From Dimorphilus gyrociliatus (Eukaryota; Animalia; Annelida), in contig CAJFCJ010000067.1 in assembly GCA_904063045.1 (NCBI GenBank), positions 22,391 through 86,390 of the forward strand: DNA of 64,000 nt, written 5' to 3'. Under the pieces are notes generated by a model that searched no databases, had not been told where the DNA came from, and was given only the letters and a program-made list of their open reading frames with translations. How positions within the stretch are numbered: position 1 is the stretch's first letter; each line of letters starts with the position of its first letter. Positions 21,805 through 34,753 of this stretch are shown piece by piece. Made by a program: the position numbers and the translations under genes.

Positions 21805-24600
21805 GAATTATGGAGAAAACGTCCACTGGAGAAAACGTCCACTGGAGAAAACGTCCACTGGAGAAAACGTCCACTGGAGAAAACGTCCACTGATTGGAGA
21901 AAACGTCCACTGGTTGGAGAAAACATCCACTGGAGAAAACGTCCACTATGTGAAGAATATATTAAAAAATACTTTTTCAAATTTAAATTTTTATTATTGA
22001 TTTTGAGATATATCCAATACATTCCCATAATGCAATCACTTTTGGTAGCCATTTTGAAATCCAGACAGGAAACAGTTCTGGGATCTTCTATGTTTTTCAT
22101 GGAAAGTGAATATTGTGCATATTTCATCTACAATTTTTCAGAATTTTTTGCAGTTTGAAATATATTTCACTATTGAAAACCATCAGACAAAACACAAACT
22201 TTAGAATTGATATCACTAAGTTATAGAATATTGTGTTGAAATGATTTATTTATAAATTAGCTTTATTTTTATAGCAGCCATTTTGTTTATCATTATTGTT
22301 AATTGTTTAATTTTTAAATTTATACAGTTGGTTATTGATAGAGATTCCAAATTGAACATGGCACCAATTTGTTACATTTGTGAAGAGAGAATATATGGAA
22401 GACAAAATCAAGAGAAATGTCAGCTTTGCTGTCATTTATTTAAAATACATAAAAAATGTTTGGATTATAAAGGTTTGTTTAAGTTTTTTGTCACTATCCT
22501 TCCTTACAAATATGTTTTTATATTTTTTCACAGATCAATCATTTTATTGTAACATTTGCTGTGACATATCAATGAAGAAATGCATTGTTGCACTTCAAAG
22601 GCTACCTTCTAGTGCATCTGCTAATGAAGAAATAAGACAAACACCAAATTTTGATACAGCAAATAATAGAAATGAGCAAACTATTGTTTGTGAAAATCAT
22701 TGTGGAAATTCAAGTGGAAATGATACAAATGGCAGTATTATGGAATCACACAATGTTTTAGTTGAAGATCTTCCAGCTCAGCAAAATAATATGATGGAAG
22801 TTTCATTTATAGTTTCTCCAAAATCAGATTGTGAGAAAGAAAGTTATTCATTTAAAATCTTAAAGGGAATGAGCCAGAAAGGAAAAGATTTGCTACTTTT
22901 CAACAATTTCTGCTACAATATTAAAGAAAAAAGAAACAAGACAACATTCTGGATATGCAGTGTTAGGAACAAAAGAAACAAATGTTCAGCAACAGTTAGT
23001 CAGCATGGGAACAGTTTTTATCCTGGAAAGTTATCCCATTCTCATGAAAGAGTACCTGATTTGGAACAAAAAATAATGATTAGGAATGAACTAAAAAATG
23101 CTTGTAATAAAGATATCAGTAGTTCAGGAAAACGTTTAGCTGAAGATGTTCTGGTGAAACATTGTAGTTCTGGTGAAGTTATTCCATCTCTAGATAATTG
23201 TACAAGACTGGCAAACTGGACAAGAAAGAAGTTTAGACCAGCTGAACCTCAAAGTATTCACTTCAACTTGGCTAAAACTTTTATTCCTGATGATTTTTTA
23301 CAAATGGATATACAAATGGAGAATGATAGAATACTAATATTTTCAACTACAAAGCAAATTGAATTATTATCTAAAGGCAAAATATGGTTTATGGATGGCA
23401 CATTTAAATGTGTGAAAGACCCTTTTTATCAACTTTTTTCTATTCATGGATTTATAAAAAAAAATGGAGAAATAAAACAAATTCCAATGGCTTTTGCTTT
23501 TATGGGATCTAAGAGAAAGACAGCCTACAAGAAATTATTTAAGGTACAATAATTTTGAATTTTAAATTGAATAATCTAATTTGTTAAATTAACAGGCAAT
23601 ACAAGATTTAACAAATGGGCATAGCCCCAAAAAAGTTGTTGTAGACTTTGAAAAAGCTATTTGGAAAGCACTATCATTCACTTATCCTGAAGCAAACATT
23701 AAAGGGTGTGTTTTTCACTGGACACAGGCAATATACAGAAAGATTCAAGTAATACTTTAATTTAGTATTTGAGGTCTAGATAGAACTGACATATTTATTT
23801 CCAGGAATTAGGATTATGTAAGATGTACAAGGAGAAAAAAGCTGAATATAGAATCATGAAGAAATTAATGGCATTACCATTCCTGCCCTCTGATCTGATA
23901 GAACCAACATTTAAGACTATTAAAGAAATAAGTCCTATTGAAATGAAGTCTCTATTGGAGTACATTGAGACACAATGGATAAATGGATTTTATAAACCAG
24001 AGGTATGGTCTGTTTATGGTGAGGCTATAAGGACAAATAATGATCTTGAAGGATGGCATCACAGGCTTAACAAGAATCTTTGCTCTAACACTGCATTCTA
24101 TTTGCTTTTAGATGAACTGAAAAGAGAAGCTGATCTGATAAAGCTATATAAAAAATTACTGAGTGAAAAGAAAATTTGTAGACAGCAAAGAAAAGCATAT
24201 CAGAATATTCAGAGCAAAATATTCAGCTTATGGGAACAATTTGAAATTGCCTCAATTACCTCCCTGGACTTACTTGATAAAGCTTCTGACATTTATTCAC
24301 CAGTTTAAAATACCTTTATTCTTTAATGTTGTTACACTGTTGTCAATCATTCTTGTTATAATGCTTGTTTTTACTTAATCAATATATTAATATTTAAATA
24401 TTTGTAATTCTTATTATTCATTTTTTCCTGTCAAATTGCTCTAAAAACTCCATCTATCAAATATCTTATATCTTACTTTGAAGTTTTATAGTGGACGTTT
24501 TCTCCAGTGGACGTTTTCTCCAAGCAGTGGACGTTTTCTCCAAACAGTGGACGTTTTCTCCAGTGGACGTTTTCTCCAGTGGACGTTTTCTCCTGTACCC
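21805..24600 (+). mobile_element. Mutator/MULE (Phantom-like) DNA transposon with tandem-repeat TIRs and a 9-bp TSD
   Basis: AATTATCAA at 21796-21804 and 24601-24609; arrays of the 16-mer TGGAGAAAACGTCCAC at 21811-21946 and its reverse complement at 24491-24593. Confidence 0.95.
22358..24308 (+). CDS. PHD-FLYWCH-MULE DDE transposase, 4 exons, 593 aa, intact
   Basis: GT-AG introns 22473-22533, 23544-23595 and 23749-23804 give an open 1782-nt CDS; PHD CYIC..CQLC..H..C..CNIC; FLYWCH; WFMDGTF, VVVDFE, GCVFHW, RTNNDLEGWH. Confidence 0.88.
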
Positions 24601-25055
24601 AATTATCAATATCTTTTCTGATATTTCTATCACTTTCTTTTTGATTTATCATCAATATCTGAACCATTATTAACAACATCATTCTCAGTATTTTGTGTTT
24701 AGTTATGTCTACTAACTTCTACTAATAGAAGGCTATTGTTGAAAGTTAAAAAATTCACTTTTTGAGAATAATCTAAGCTGTTCAGACACTGACTCTAAAT
24801 TAGAATCAGAATAGAATAATTCTCATTTGAATTTAAATACTATTGATAAGTTCTTTTAAAAAAGCAGAGGAAGAAGCATTTCTGAATTCTAAGGATGGTT
24901 GAAAATGGAACCAAGTTAATTTGGAGATGTTGAAAGAGGAAGAATTCTTAGCAAAAATTGCCTCAGAGCATGTCCCAACTGAGATCCAATAATAGAAAAA
25001 GAGAATGGCTTCAATTTTGTAGTATAGTTTCTTTTATTAGATTTCCAACAAAGTG

Positions 25056-25440
25056 TTTAATTTGAAGTGGTTTATTTGGAATAGAATACTTAAGCAAGTA
25101 ACAATATCAAGGTTCAATAGCAAAGTTGATAGGAGATTTCAAGTTAGTAAATTAGCATCCAATATTGAGGAGTAGAATGCTTGCTCCAGGGGAGGTTTTC
25201 TCCAGATCATCTTCTCAAGTGATCAGTTGGAGAGACGACAACCTTTTGAATAAAGCAGTGATGATATATATACTTTGAGGTTTGCCTCTTATGTCCAATC
25301 AATCATTTACAACTGCCAAATTGTCTAGTTTACATTTATCTTTAGTAACAGAATGTTACAAATTTGAACATTTAGGAAGGCTAATTGAATTATCCCTTGA
25401 TCACACCTTGGATAAATTAATTAAATTGTAACTAGGCCAC
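25056..25440 (-). repeat. Diverged partial G2-like LTR
   Basis: AATACTTAAGCAAGTAACAATAT, ATACTTTGAGGTTTG and CATTTAGGAAGG blocks shared with the 635-bp LTR. Confidence 0.75.
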
Positions 25441-25649
25441 AATATAGAAAAACTATATCATTCTCAATTTTTTCTTTTCTTGGGCCAGATGATTGGATTT
25501 TAGTGGGTTAGTTACAAACATATGTCAATTGGTTTAAAATTTTTGCCTGCTTTGTGTTCAGTGTCACTAATCATTTTCTACTGTTATTCACTATTCTTTA
25601 TGCGGATTATAGCAAAAAAATTGTTTGGTTTTATCTAAACAAATCAAGT

Positions 25650-26700
25650 TAACATTTGGACTGTTGGTAGATCAAGGTATTGTTATTTTTATGATGGTTT
25701 CTGTTCTCTTTTGAGGAGTGGATTTGCGCATTATCCTGTTGCAGGCTAAAATCATTCCAATAAAAAAGCAATAGCACCTGGTGTGATGTTGTACTGCTCT
25801 TGTTGGCAAAATCTATGCATTTGCAAGTTATAACAATACTGGTTCTACTCAAACCTTTAAACAAATGTTTAAATTAAAATGGTTTATTCGCAATAATAAT
25901 ACTTAAGCAAGTAGCAATATGAGAGTTCGCTAGCAGAGTAGATAGTTCGTAAAAGCAGGTTGCCAAATTACCAAACTGTCTTCCAATGTTGAGGAATAGA
26001 TGGATGGTTCCAGTGGAGGTTGTTTCCAGATGATTTTCCCAGGTCCTTGGGTCCAGATGGAAGCTGCATGCCAAATGAGAATAGTGAGGATTTATATACT
26101 TTGAGGTTTGTCTCTGACATCCAATCATCACTTTACAGTTGCCGAAATGTGTAGTTCATATTTATCTTTAGTAACAAGATATAACAAGGTTGAACATTTA
26201 GGAAGGTTAATTGAATTATAACTTGGCCACACCCTAGGCAAGTTAATTAAATTATAACTTGGCCAAACCTTTATTGGTAATTAAAGATGAGCCTTCAAGC
26301 TGACTAATCAGACTTATGTTTGGCCAATGTTATAGCATTTTCTTGCATAGGTTTTAAGATGTACATGTATATGTTGCATAAAATAATAGAGTTCAAGCAT
26401 GTAAAATATAACCAAAGTTGTACAGTGTTGTTATCAATTATATCAATAAATATACCCTGAGTTCCACCACTCTCAGATGTATCAACATCTCTCCTCATAC
26501 CATAAGAGACGCATCTTTAAACTTTCTATTGAGAACCACCTATCTTCTTTTCTGAGGTCGTGCTAATAAATTCTACTTTTCCCCATCAGTAAATATATCT
26601 TTATCCCAGTTTTGGTAATTATGGTACTGATGGCAGTGGCTTATTCTTATATCTCCAGACATTTCAGGATTTTTAGCAACTGACTCTTGATTCAGACTTT
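25650..26700 (-). pseudogene. Tc1/mariner transposase relic interrupted by a solo LTR
   Basis: NWDKDIFTDGEK and ASLMV*G (Tc1 first D and VMVWG) at ~26480-26620; FSLQQDNAQIH at ~25730. Confidence 0.55.
25790..26424 (-). mobile_element. G2 solo LTR
   Basis: Full 635-bp copy; flanks ATGT / GTGT (TSD with one mismatch). Confidence 0.93.
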
Positions 26701-26724
26701 TTTTGTATTGTTGTTTGAAAAGGG

Positions 26725-28330
26725 TTAGTCATTGAACAAATGTACATATTCATAAAAATCTTTATATACATTGGTCTCAAAAGCTTCTTCTCTTAAAGAT
26801 GAAAAAATATGGGGTATTACTTGAAAAGGAAGAAAAGGAAGTGCCAATAAATTTCTCATCATATTTTTAAAGACTTTACTAGTTTTATATTCAATTGCAT
26901 ATCCCAAATTCTAAAAACATCAAATTATTGAATAATTAAAATATATAATGTACAACTTTGGTTATATTCTACATGCTTGAACTCTATTATTTTATGCAAC
27001 TTATACATGTACATCTTAAAACCTATGTAAGAAAATGCTATAACATTGGCCAAACATAAGTCTGATTAGTCAGCTTGAAGGCTTATCTTTAATTACCAAT
27101 AAAGGTTTGGCCAAGTTATAATTTAATTAACTTGCCTAGGGTTTGGCCAAGTTATAATTCAATTAACCTTCCTAAATGTTCAACCTTGTTACATCCTGTT
27201 ACTAAAGATAAAAATGAACTACACATTTTGGCAACTGTAAAGTGATGATTGGATGTCAGAGACAAACCTCAAAGTATATAAATCCTCACTATTCTCATTC
27301 TACCTAAGCACCTGGGAAGATAACCTGGAAACAACCTCCACTGGAACCATCCATCTACTCCTCAACATAGGAAGACAGTTTGGTAATTTGGCAACCTGCT
27401 ATTACAAAATATCTACTCTGCTATTGAACTCTCATATTGTTACTTGCTTAAGTATTATTATTGCGAATAAACCATTTTATTTTAAACATTTGTTTAAAAG
27501 GTTCGAGTAGAACCAGTATTGTTATAACTTGCAAATGCATAGATTTTGCCAGCAAGAGCAGTACAATAATATAATACATTACTTGGATTTTTCTGAAAAC
27601 CGCTTGTGTCCAATGGAAAACACATCCTTGAAATGGTATATTTGGATAAACAGATGATAAAGCAGTCCATAATCCCAACTCATAATCAGCAAAGAACTTT
27701 TTTGGTTTGGAATAATTTGTAATTGTTTGAATTTCCTAAGGAATATCATGAAATTTACAGGTTAAATGACATGTTTCTTAACTTACTCTTAATATTTGTT
27801 TATATGCTTTCTTCTTCTTTGATGTCATGAAAATAAAAGCCAAAGGAATCTGCTTTGTTTCTTCATCTTTTTTAATGAAAGAATGGATGGAGAAAAGTTG
27901 AACAAATGGTTCTTTGACAACTTTGAATGTACATCCAAATACCAAACTTTGCTTTTGGATAAAAGGTCACACTGATGCTAAGAAGCAAATATGATTATTC
28001 TCTGATTTCAAAATGCAACATCTTTTTGCAAGAAATCTTCAGGAAGAAAATCAATATTAATTTCAAAAAAAGGATCATTTGATGTTATAGGTCTTTTTTT
28101 CTGTCTGGTGATATTGGCTAATCTTCTCAAATTTTCCATATTTAGCAAACTATTCTCCTCAGCAGAACATTTCAATAAAATATCTTCAGCAATTTTTCTC
28201 CCTGATGACCTGACATCATTATTACAAATGCTTCTTAGTTCTCTTCCACAAAAGGTCTGGGACTGGTGACAATGACTCTGTTACCTTCCTTTGTAAATGT
28301 TGGATAGTTTTGAAGAGGTATTGCTTCTTG
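26725..28330 (-). pseudogene. Degenerate MULE transposase with an LTR in its last intron
   Basis: RELRSICNNDVRSSGRKIAEDIL; LWTALSSVYPNIPFQGCVFHWTQAVFRKIQ|GT; GYAIEY...MRNLLALPFLP; several frameshifts. Confidence 0.8.
26949..27565 (+). mobile_element. G2 solo LTR (617 bp, internal deletion) with ATAA TSD
   Basis: TGTACAACTTTGG...GCAGTACA; ATAA at 26945-26948 and 27566-27569. Confidence 0.93.
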
Positions 28331-28339
28331 ATCAATTTC

Positions 28340-31300
28340 TAAGGTTTAGTATGTTGGTATCTGTAGTTCCTCTGGTTGAATTTCTGGAGCTGTGGTTTGG
28401 GCTTTTCTTTTTTCTAAATATTTCCAAAGAATTGTCCTGTTAACTTTGTGGCACTTTCTTTTATATGCAATTCATAAAATAAATGAAATCCCAATAATAA
28501 TTATTGTTGGAAAGGCAATGTTGATCAGCATTTTGGTTGGAGTTTTTAGCCATGATGAAAATAAGTGTTCTTGTGTTGACATGCTTGGGTGAATGCCAAG
28601 TTCATTAGCAAAATTGATATGCTTGTTATGCCTTGTTAATGTGTCTTGTATATATCCAAGAACTTGTTGGAATTGTTGATGTTTCTTGCCAATGTCATCT
28701 TTCATGCCTAACTGCAATAAATCTGTAAGCCTTGCAACTTCTATTTTTGGTTCTTCACTTTCATGGCTGATTTTTATTCTTATTGATCTGGCAGCAGCTG
28801 TTTGAAATTTACAACCATCCTTTGTATAATAGATAAAAGTTTTGGTTTCAGATGAGTGTGGATTTTGGTTCCTTTCAGCATCCAGTGGATTCTTTTTTAT
28901 TTTGAAAAGATACTGTGTTTGGTCACATTTCCCATATCTTATATCCTCTTTTGTTATGTGGTAATCATGGTGTAGGATTGGATCAATTGAGAACAAAAGA
29001 TCCTTATACTTGATGAGGAATTGTTTTGAACATAACCCATTTTTTGTTGTGATTTCAATATCACAAATTGCTTGAACTGCTTTTAGTTTTGTGCATGTGT
29101 TGAGTGTTGTTAGATCACCCAGCCAGGTGGTATGAGTTGCTTGTGTTGGATCCAGTATTGTTGGAAGTTGAGGTGCCAAAGGTGTAAGCAAAGCAATCAT
29201 CTTATTTCTCATAATGAACTCTTTGCATAAAAGTTGAGATACTTGTTTGAATACAGTTTGTAGATTTTGGAAACTCTTGTCAATATTATTAAGCAAGGCA
29301 GATGTTTTAACAGCATTTTCAATGCAAAACATTTCTATTCTTTAATCCAAATAATATTTCATGTGCAGTTTTACCAGTGCTTCCAGCTGGAATTTGGTTT
29401 AAACATGTCTGGATTATTGGTAATTGTCTTGTCCAATCTGTCAATTGTTCCAGAACTACATGTTTATGTAGTGCTTTCTGAATTTCCAAATTCTTTCTTT
29501 CTACCATTCCATTACTTTGGCTATGAAATGCTGTTGTTTTAATTTGTCTTATTCCCATTAATGTTACCTCTTTTGTAAATATTTCTCCAAGAAAATTTCA
29601 TCCTTGTTCTGTGAGAATTTCTTCTGGAATACCAAATATTGGGAAATAATTAGTTAAAGTTGATAGAGGAATTACAAGTAGTGGTTGACAGCCATTTAGA
29701 TACCATACTAGATCTTCTTTCACAAACATATCTTTGATATAATTTTTATATTCATCCAATGACTTGTCATCAATGTTTTCTCCTTCCAATTTGTCTACCA
29801 CTTTCATTAATGGAGTATCCAGTAGTTGTTCTTTATAAAAGTTTATTTCAACTGGTGCAACTTTTAGTTTCATTATTTGAGTTTGATGTTCTTTAACTTC
29901 TTCATCAAAATCACCATCTAAATTATCATCCAAACAATCATCTAATTCTTTTAAATCTTCTGTGTCAATATAGAAGCATTTAAGCATATCTTTTCTTTCT
30001 GCTAATTGGGGAACTGTATTGCCATTTTGTTTTACTTCATTTAACCTTTCCTTGAGTAAATTTCAAAAATCAATTACATCATCAGTTTCTCCAATTCTTG
30101 ATATCCAGTCTGTTCTATTAGTTCTTCCTGGTATGTAAATTATTTCAAAATCCATATCCATAAGTGCCATAACCCATTTAACAGTATTGAGTTTAGTTTG
30201 TTTTGTACAAATGTTTGTACTAAATTTTGGTGATCAGTATAGAGAAAAAATTTCTTATACTGCAAATAATGGGAGAATTTTTGTACTGCCCAATACACAG
30301 CAAAAGCTTCTTTTTGGTAAGCTGCATATCTTAGTTGTGTGTTAATTAAGAGTTTTGACACAAAAGAGATTGGTTTTCTCATTTTCTTTCCATCTTCATC
30401 CCATTCTTGTTCCAGAACTGCACCAACTGCATAATTGGATGCATCTGTTGTCAGATAGAATGGTTTACTAAAATCTGGTAGTTGAAGTATGGGTGGTTCT
30501 GTCATTGATTTCTTTAGTGTTTCATGAGCTTCTTCTGCTTCTCTATTCCATTTTAGTTTTTTAGTCTTTTGATGTAGTTTTAGTAATTCTCTCAAGGGTT
30601 TTGTAATTTTTGCAAAGTCCTTGACAAATCTTCTATAATAACCACAAAATGCTACAAAACTTGATAAAGTATTTGCAAACATTGGTAACTCAGCTTCTTT
30701 TATTGTTTGAATCTTTTCTGGATCAGTCCAATAGCATTTTGTGTAATTCGATGACCAAGAAATTGTATTGATTCTTGTAGAAATGCACATTTGCTTAACT
30801 TAATTCTGAAATTTTTTTCCTTGATTCTTTCCATTAATTTTTCAAGGGCAATGAAATGTTCTTCCAATGTAAAAACAATAATATCATCCATATAATTAAT
30901 ACAAAATTCTTCCAATCCATTTATAACAAAGTTTGCCATAATATAACTGAAGTGTGATGGTTCATTTGCCAAACCAAAAGGCATTCTATTAAATTTAAAT
31001 AGACCAAATGGTGTAATAAAAGCAGTTTTCTCTTTATCTTCTTCTTTAATGGGAATGTGGTGAAATGCACTTGTCAAAACCAAAATGGAAAATGATTTAT
31101 GTCCCCCTCCAAGTGTCTCAAATAAATCTTCTTGGTGTGGGATTGGATAACAATTCTTTTTTGAATGCTTGTTAAGTTTTCAGTAATCCACACACATTCT
31201 CAATGTTCCTTCTTTCTTTTTAACAAAAACAATTGGTGAGGCCCATTGACTTTTACTTGCTCTAATCAATCCATTTTCCAATAGTCCATAAACAACAAAA

Positions 31301-31402
31301 CACCAGTATTTCGTCCAAAGGTTATGTATTGAGTAAATGAGTTTCTGGTTCTAAACAAGCAAGTTTAAACAACCAGCTAATGGTTAAAGAACTGAACTGA
31401 CA
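28340..31402 (-). mobile_element. Internally deleted G1-related Gypsy: LTR piece, RT-RNaseH, integrase core piece, env C-terminus
   Basis: RT/RH ORFs at 30140-31083 and 29598-29987 closely match G1; FPIFGIPEEILTEQG and TTAFHSQSNGMVER (integrase); env at 28472-29332; LTR fragment 31284-31402 joined directly to RT. Confidence 0.9.
28472..29332 (-). pseudogene. Envelope glycoprotein C-terminal fragment with TM segment
   Basis: NKMIALLTPLAPQLPTIL and EPKIEVARLTDLLQLG align with 59899-61005 (SRMMALLANLDPQLTTVL; EPKIEIARLADLLHHG); hydrophobic MLINIAFPTIIIIGISFIL. Confidence 0.8.
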
Positions 31403-33891
31403 AGAAGAGAAATTGAAGGAAAATTTGAATGTGATGGTCTAGAAATATTAATTGCTCCTAAAACTGATGGCGAAGAGAATGAACACATCATTGATATTCC
31501 CTCACCATCTGAAAGATCATCAGACTTTCAACCTTCCGCTTTTAGGTTTGAATTGCTTAGAGAAGACATGAAAAGAGCTGTGTCAAAGCCCCATTATCAT
31601 GTTGAAGCAGTAAACATTGTAGACTATACTGTAATGGAATATTTTCTTCAGTTGTCAATCACCAGCGGTCAAGATGAAACAGTTGTAGCTATCAGATACC
31701 AGTTTATGCATATAATGAATGGAATTGATATTGTATATAGGAGAATCAATGATCCAAGATATATGATATCTATATTTCTAAAAAAATTCACGATTATAAG
31801 GCAAAAAGCAGGCTGTCCGTTTACTGATGAACCAGCTCCTTTGAATATGGCTGATCACAATGGTAGAAAAGTCATCAATGCGGCAGAGTCATTGAAAAAG
31901 ATATCTGAGTGGATTGGCGACTCTGCCAATAAGGGCGGAGCTGATTGGAGGGTTTGGGATCATACTTTTGTATGGACAAAAAAAGATATCTGTCATTATG
32001 GCCAATACGGTACAATTGGAATGGCTCCTGTGGGGAGGATCTGCTCAAAGGATGCAGTCTCAATCAATGAATGTAACGGCATGACCTCTTGGAAAGTTGC
32101 GGTACATGAACTTGGACACAATCTTGGATCTTTGCACGATGGGTCAGGAACCAGTTATAGTTGTTCATCAAGTAATCAAAATATCATGACACCTACCATT
32201 TCCAATTATGATTTTACGGAGCTCAAGAATGCTTTTGTATTTAGCCAGTGCTCAATTGATGCAATCTACAATACTATAATAGGGGGTGGTCCAAATGGAT
32301 ATCTCAGAGTATGCCTGATGAACAAAGTATGTGGCCATGAGGCATTAAACCAAAATGCAATTACTGACGATGATTGTACTTTGTTGTATTGTAATTGTAG
32401 GAATTTCTGGTTCGTCACAACTGTAATTGTCCTTTCCAATCATTTACCAACTTGCCAAAGTACTGGTCCAAATAGAACCTTTAAAGTTCATCCACAAATA
32501 GTCTAACAAAGGCAATTTCGGTAGAAATTGATTAACAAAACACCAGTATTTTGTCCAAAGAATATATATTGAGTAAAATGAGCTTCTAGTTCTAAACAAG
32601 CTAGTTTAAACAACTAGCTGACGGTTAGAAAACTGAACTATCAACTGTTAATTTCATAGGGTTTATATACTCTTTTAAGGGTTGATAGTTCACAAATTTC
32701 AATGTTCACAAAAACAAAAGTAACATTTGAAGACAAAGAAAAGTTCTAAATATGGTCATGTTTTTATTGTTTTCCACTTCTAAATAATAGTTGAATTTCG
32801 AAGGTTGGAGAGTTGCATAAGATGTAACAATTTTAGTAGGACAAGTCCAACAATCAAGAAAACATGTAGATTGTATATTTGACCGTTTTTATATTCTACC
32901 TTAATAATGATATTGAATTGATTGAGTTAGTAAATTTATCATCAGCATATAAGGAGGAAGTATATCTGATTAATGCATGTTAAAAAGAACAGTATTGTGT
33001 ATACAATACTGTTGAATAGTGAATATAATCTAAACTTAGAATTTAAGCATAATTGATAATTAATTGAACTAGTTTTAGTTGGAAATCATAAATGTATGGA
33101 TTAATAAATTGTTATATTAATGCTAGGTTGCAAATAGCAAATATTCTTTATATAATTCAATAGGTTTTATTACTGCATAATGTGTATGCACTGCCCTATG
33201 CGAAACTAGGTCACTACTGCTTATCTTTATCAGTGCTATCTGCATAGTACAATACTCGTTCAATACTACTTCTCTATTGTAGATTATAGCTGACGAATGT
33301 ATGTGTACAATGATAAGCTTCCTGGAATTAAATATTCATTAACAGAGCAGTGTGGGCTGATACATGGTAATGGAGCTCTGCAGTATGAATCCTGCCATTC
33401 ATCGCGGAATGTTTGTCAACATCTGATATGTAAAGGGGGAAATTTCTTGTTCTGATATAATTACAGAAATGCCAAGCATTTATTTCAGTACTCTGGAAAC
33501 GTCATATTGTAGAGAATGTAGCAGAAAGGGTTTGACAAAGGCCAATGATCAAGCAAAAACCCATTCAAATTCCCTTTGTGATCCAAATCCATGCAAGAAT
33601 AACGGATTATGTCGTCAATACGGTAGATCTGCTTATATGTGCGAATGTCCAGTAGGACATGGAGGGCAGAACTGCGACAAAGCCGAGCATGACGGTATAC
33701 CATTTCAGGAGACGCCAAGTTCACCTGACTCTCCAAATGAACCACAACGTGTTGACGAAAACATTAGAGTAGTTGTTTATGGTTCAAACGGTGAAGATGA
33801 GGTCAATTGCATTACTGGACCACCTAAATATGGAAGCTTTTTTTGCGATAGATTCAAACTTGTTTGCTGTTATTCTTGCAAAAATGTTTAA
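31403..33891 (+). pseudogene. Intronless ADAM/ADAMTS-like M12B metalloprotease gene (pro, catalytic, disintegrin-like/CR, EGF, PLAC-like) split by a solo LTR
   Basis: Frame open from 31403; KR|AVS; AVHELGHNLGSLHDG and Met-turn NIMTP; after LTR removal TDDD-KLPGIKYSLTEQCGLIHG is in frame; frameshift at a G/A run ~33440; EGF CDPNPCKNNGLC...CECPVGHGGQNC; C-terminal FCDRFKLVCCYSC. Confidence 0.85.
32375..33309 (-). mobile_element. G1 solo LTR (935 bp) with ATGAT TSD
   Basis: TGTACT...TGTACA; ATGAT at 32370-32374 and 33310-33314; near-identical to 4621-5555. Confidence 0.95.
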
Positions 33892-34188
33892 ATTGAAAGA
33901 ATACAAAAAACATAATTTTATTGAGCATAGAATTGAGTTTGTAGATATTTCAATGTAATGACGTAAAAGAAGAGCATTAGCTTTGCGTTGACTATTTTTA
34001 TCAGTATTTTAATTTTAGTTCGGTAATGAGGAATATATCTGTAGCCTTAAGAGTTGTAAAAATTGTCAATATCCCCTGACCTATGAAAATCAACAGAGCG
34101 AGTGAGTGAGAGAGAGAAAGATAAAGTGTTTAGAGATAAATATCTTTCTTCCTGAAGATAGCTTGGATAACTTGATATTCTCAAACAC

Positions 34189-34753
34189 TTGATTTCTTCT
34201 CTAAAAATAGCAGTCATTCAGATATTCATTCAAATTTTGAATGTATTACATTGTGGCAATGAAGCAAGATTAGCTATTTCCAAATTGAATGGAACGTACA
34301 ACGCCAAAAAATTTTGCAGAATTTACACTACTCATTATAATTGCCTCAAGTCTACCAATAATCATCCCCGTTGCAAAGTGCTCAATTCAAAGAAAATGGA
34401 AAGTTACCGGAAAAAATATTGCAGCACTGGTAAAATTCTGCAAAAATATACAAATTGTAATTATTAAACAAATGCTGTTTTGAACAATCTTTTCAGAATG
34501 TCAATGTGAATTGGCTGCTTGTAATAATAAAAAAAATGGCTATTGTTCTACTTGGTATTGTCAAAGAAATGCTTTCATTCAATGTAAAATCTACAGTTCT
34601 CACATAATTGAACAATATCCAAACTTGATTAGATCGTGTAAGTGTAAAAGTGGATTATTTTTGAAATATTCTTCTTACGGAAGAAGAGAGATCAATCATT
34701 TAAAGTTTTTTTCATTTTTCTATTCCAACAAGGTCCCGGATCTGGCGGTATAA
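34189..34753 (+). CDS. Possible small cysteine-rich protein gene (2 or more exons)
   Basis: A putative intron at 34430-34496 joins ...KKYCSTE-CQCELAACNNKKNGYCSTWYCQRN; no family recognised. Confidence 0.3.

Noticed and set aside
21811-21946. Regular short repeat array resembling a CRISPR
   Set aside because: No unique spacers, eukaryotic context, and it is mirrored as a transposon TIR.
21461-22127. ORFs with repeated GRFLQWTFSPVDVFSS
   Set aside because: Translations of the 16-bp MULE TIR repeats; the same holds at 24473-24682 and 57482-57688.
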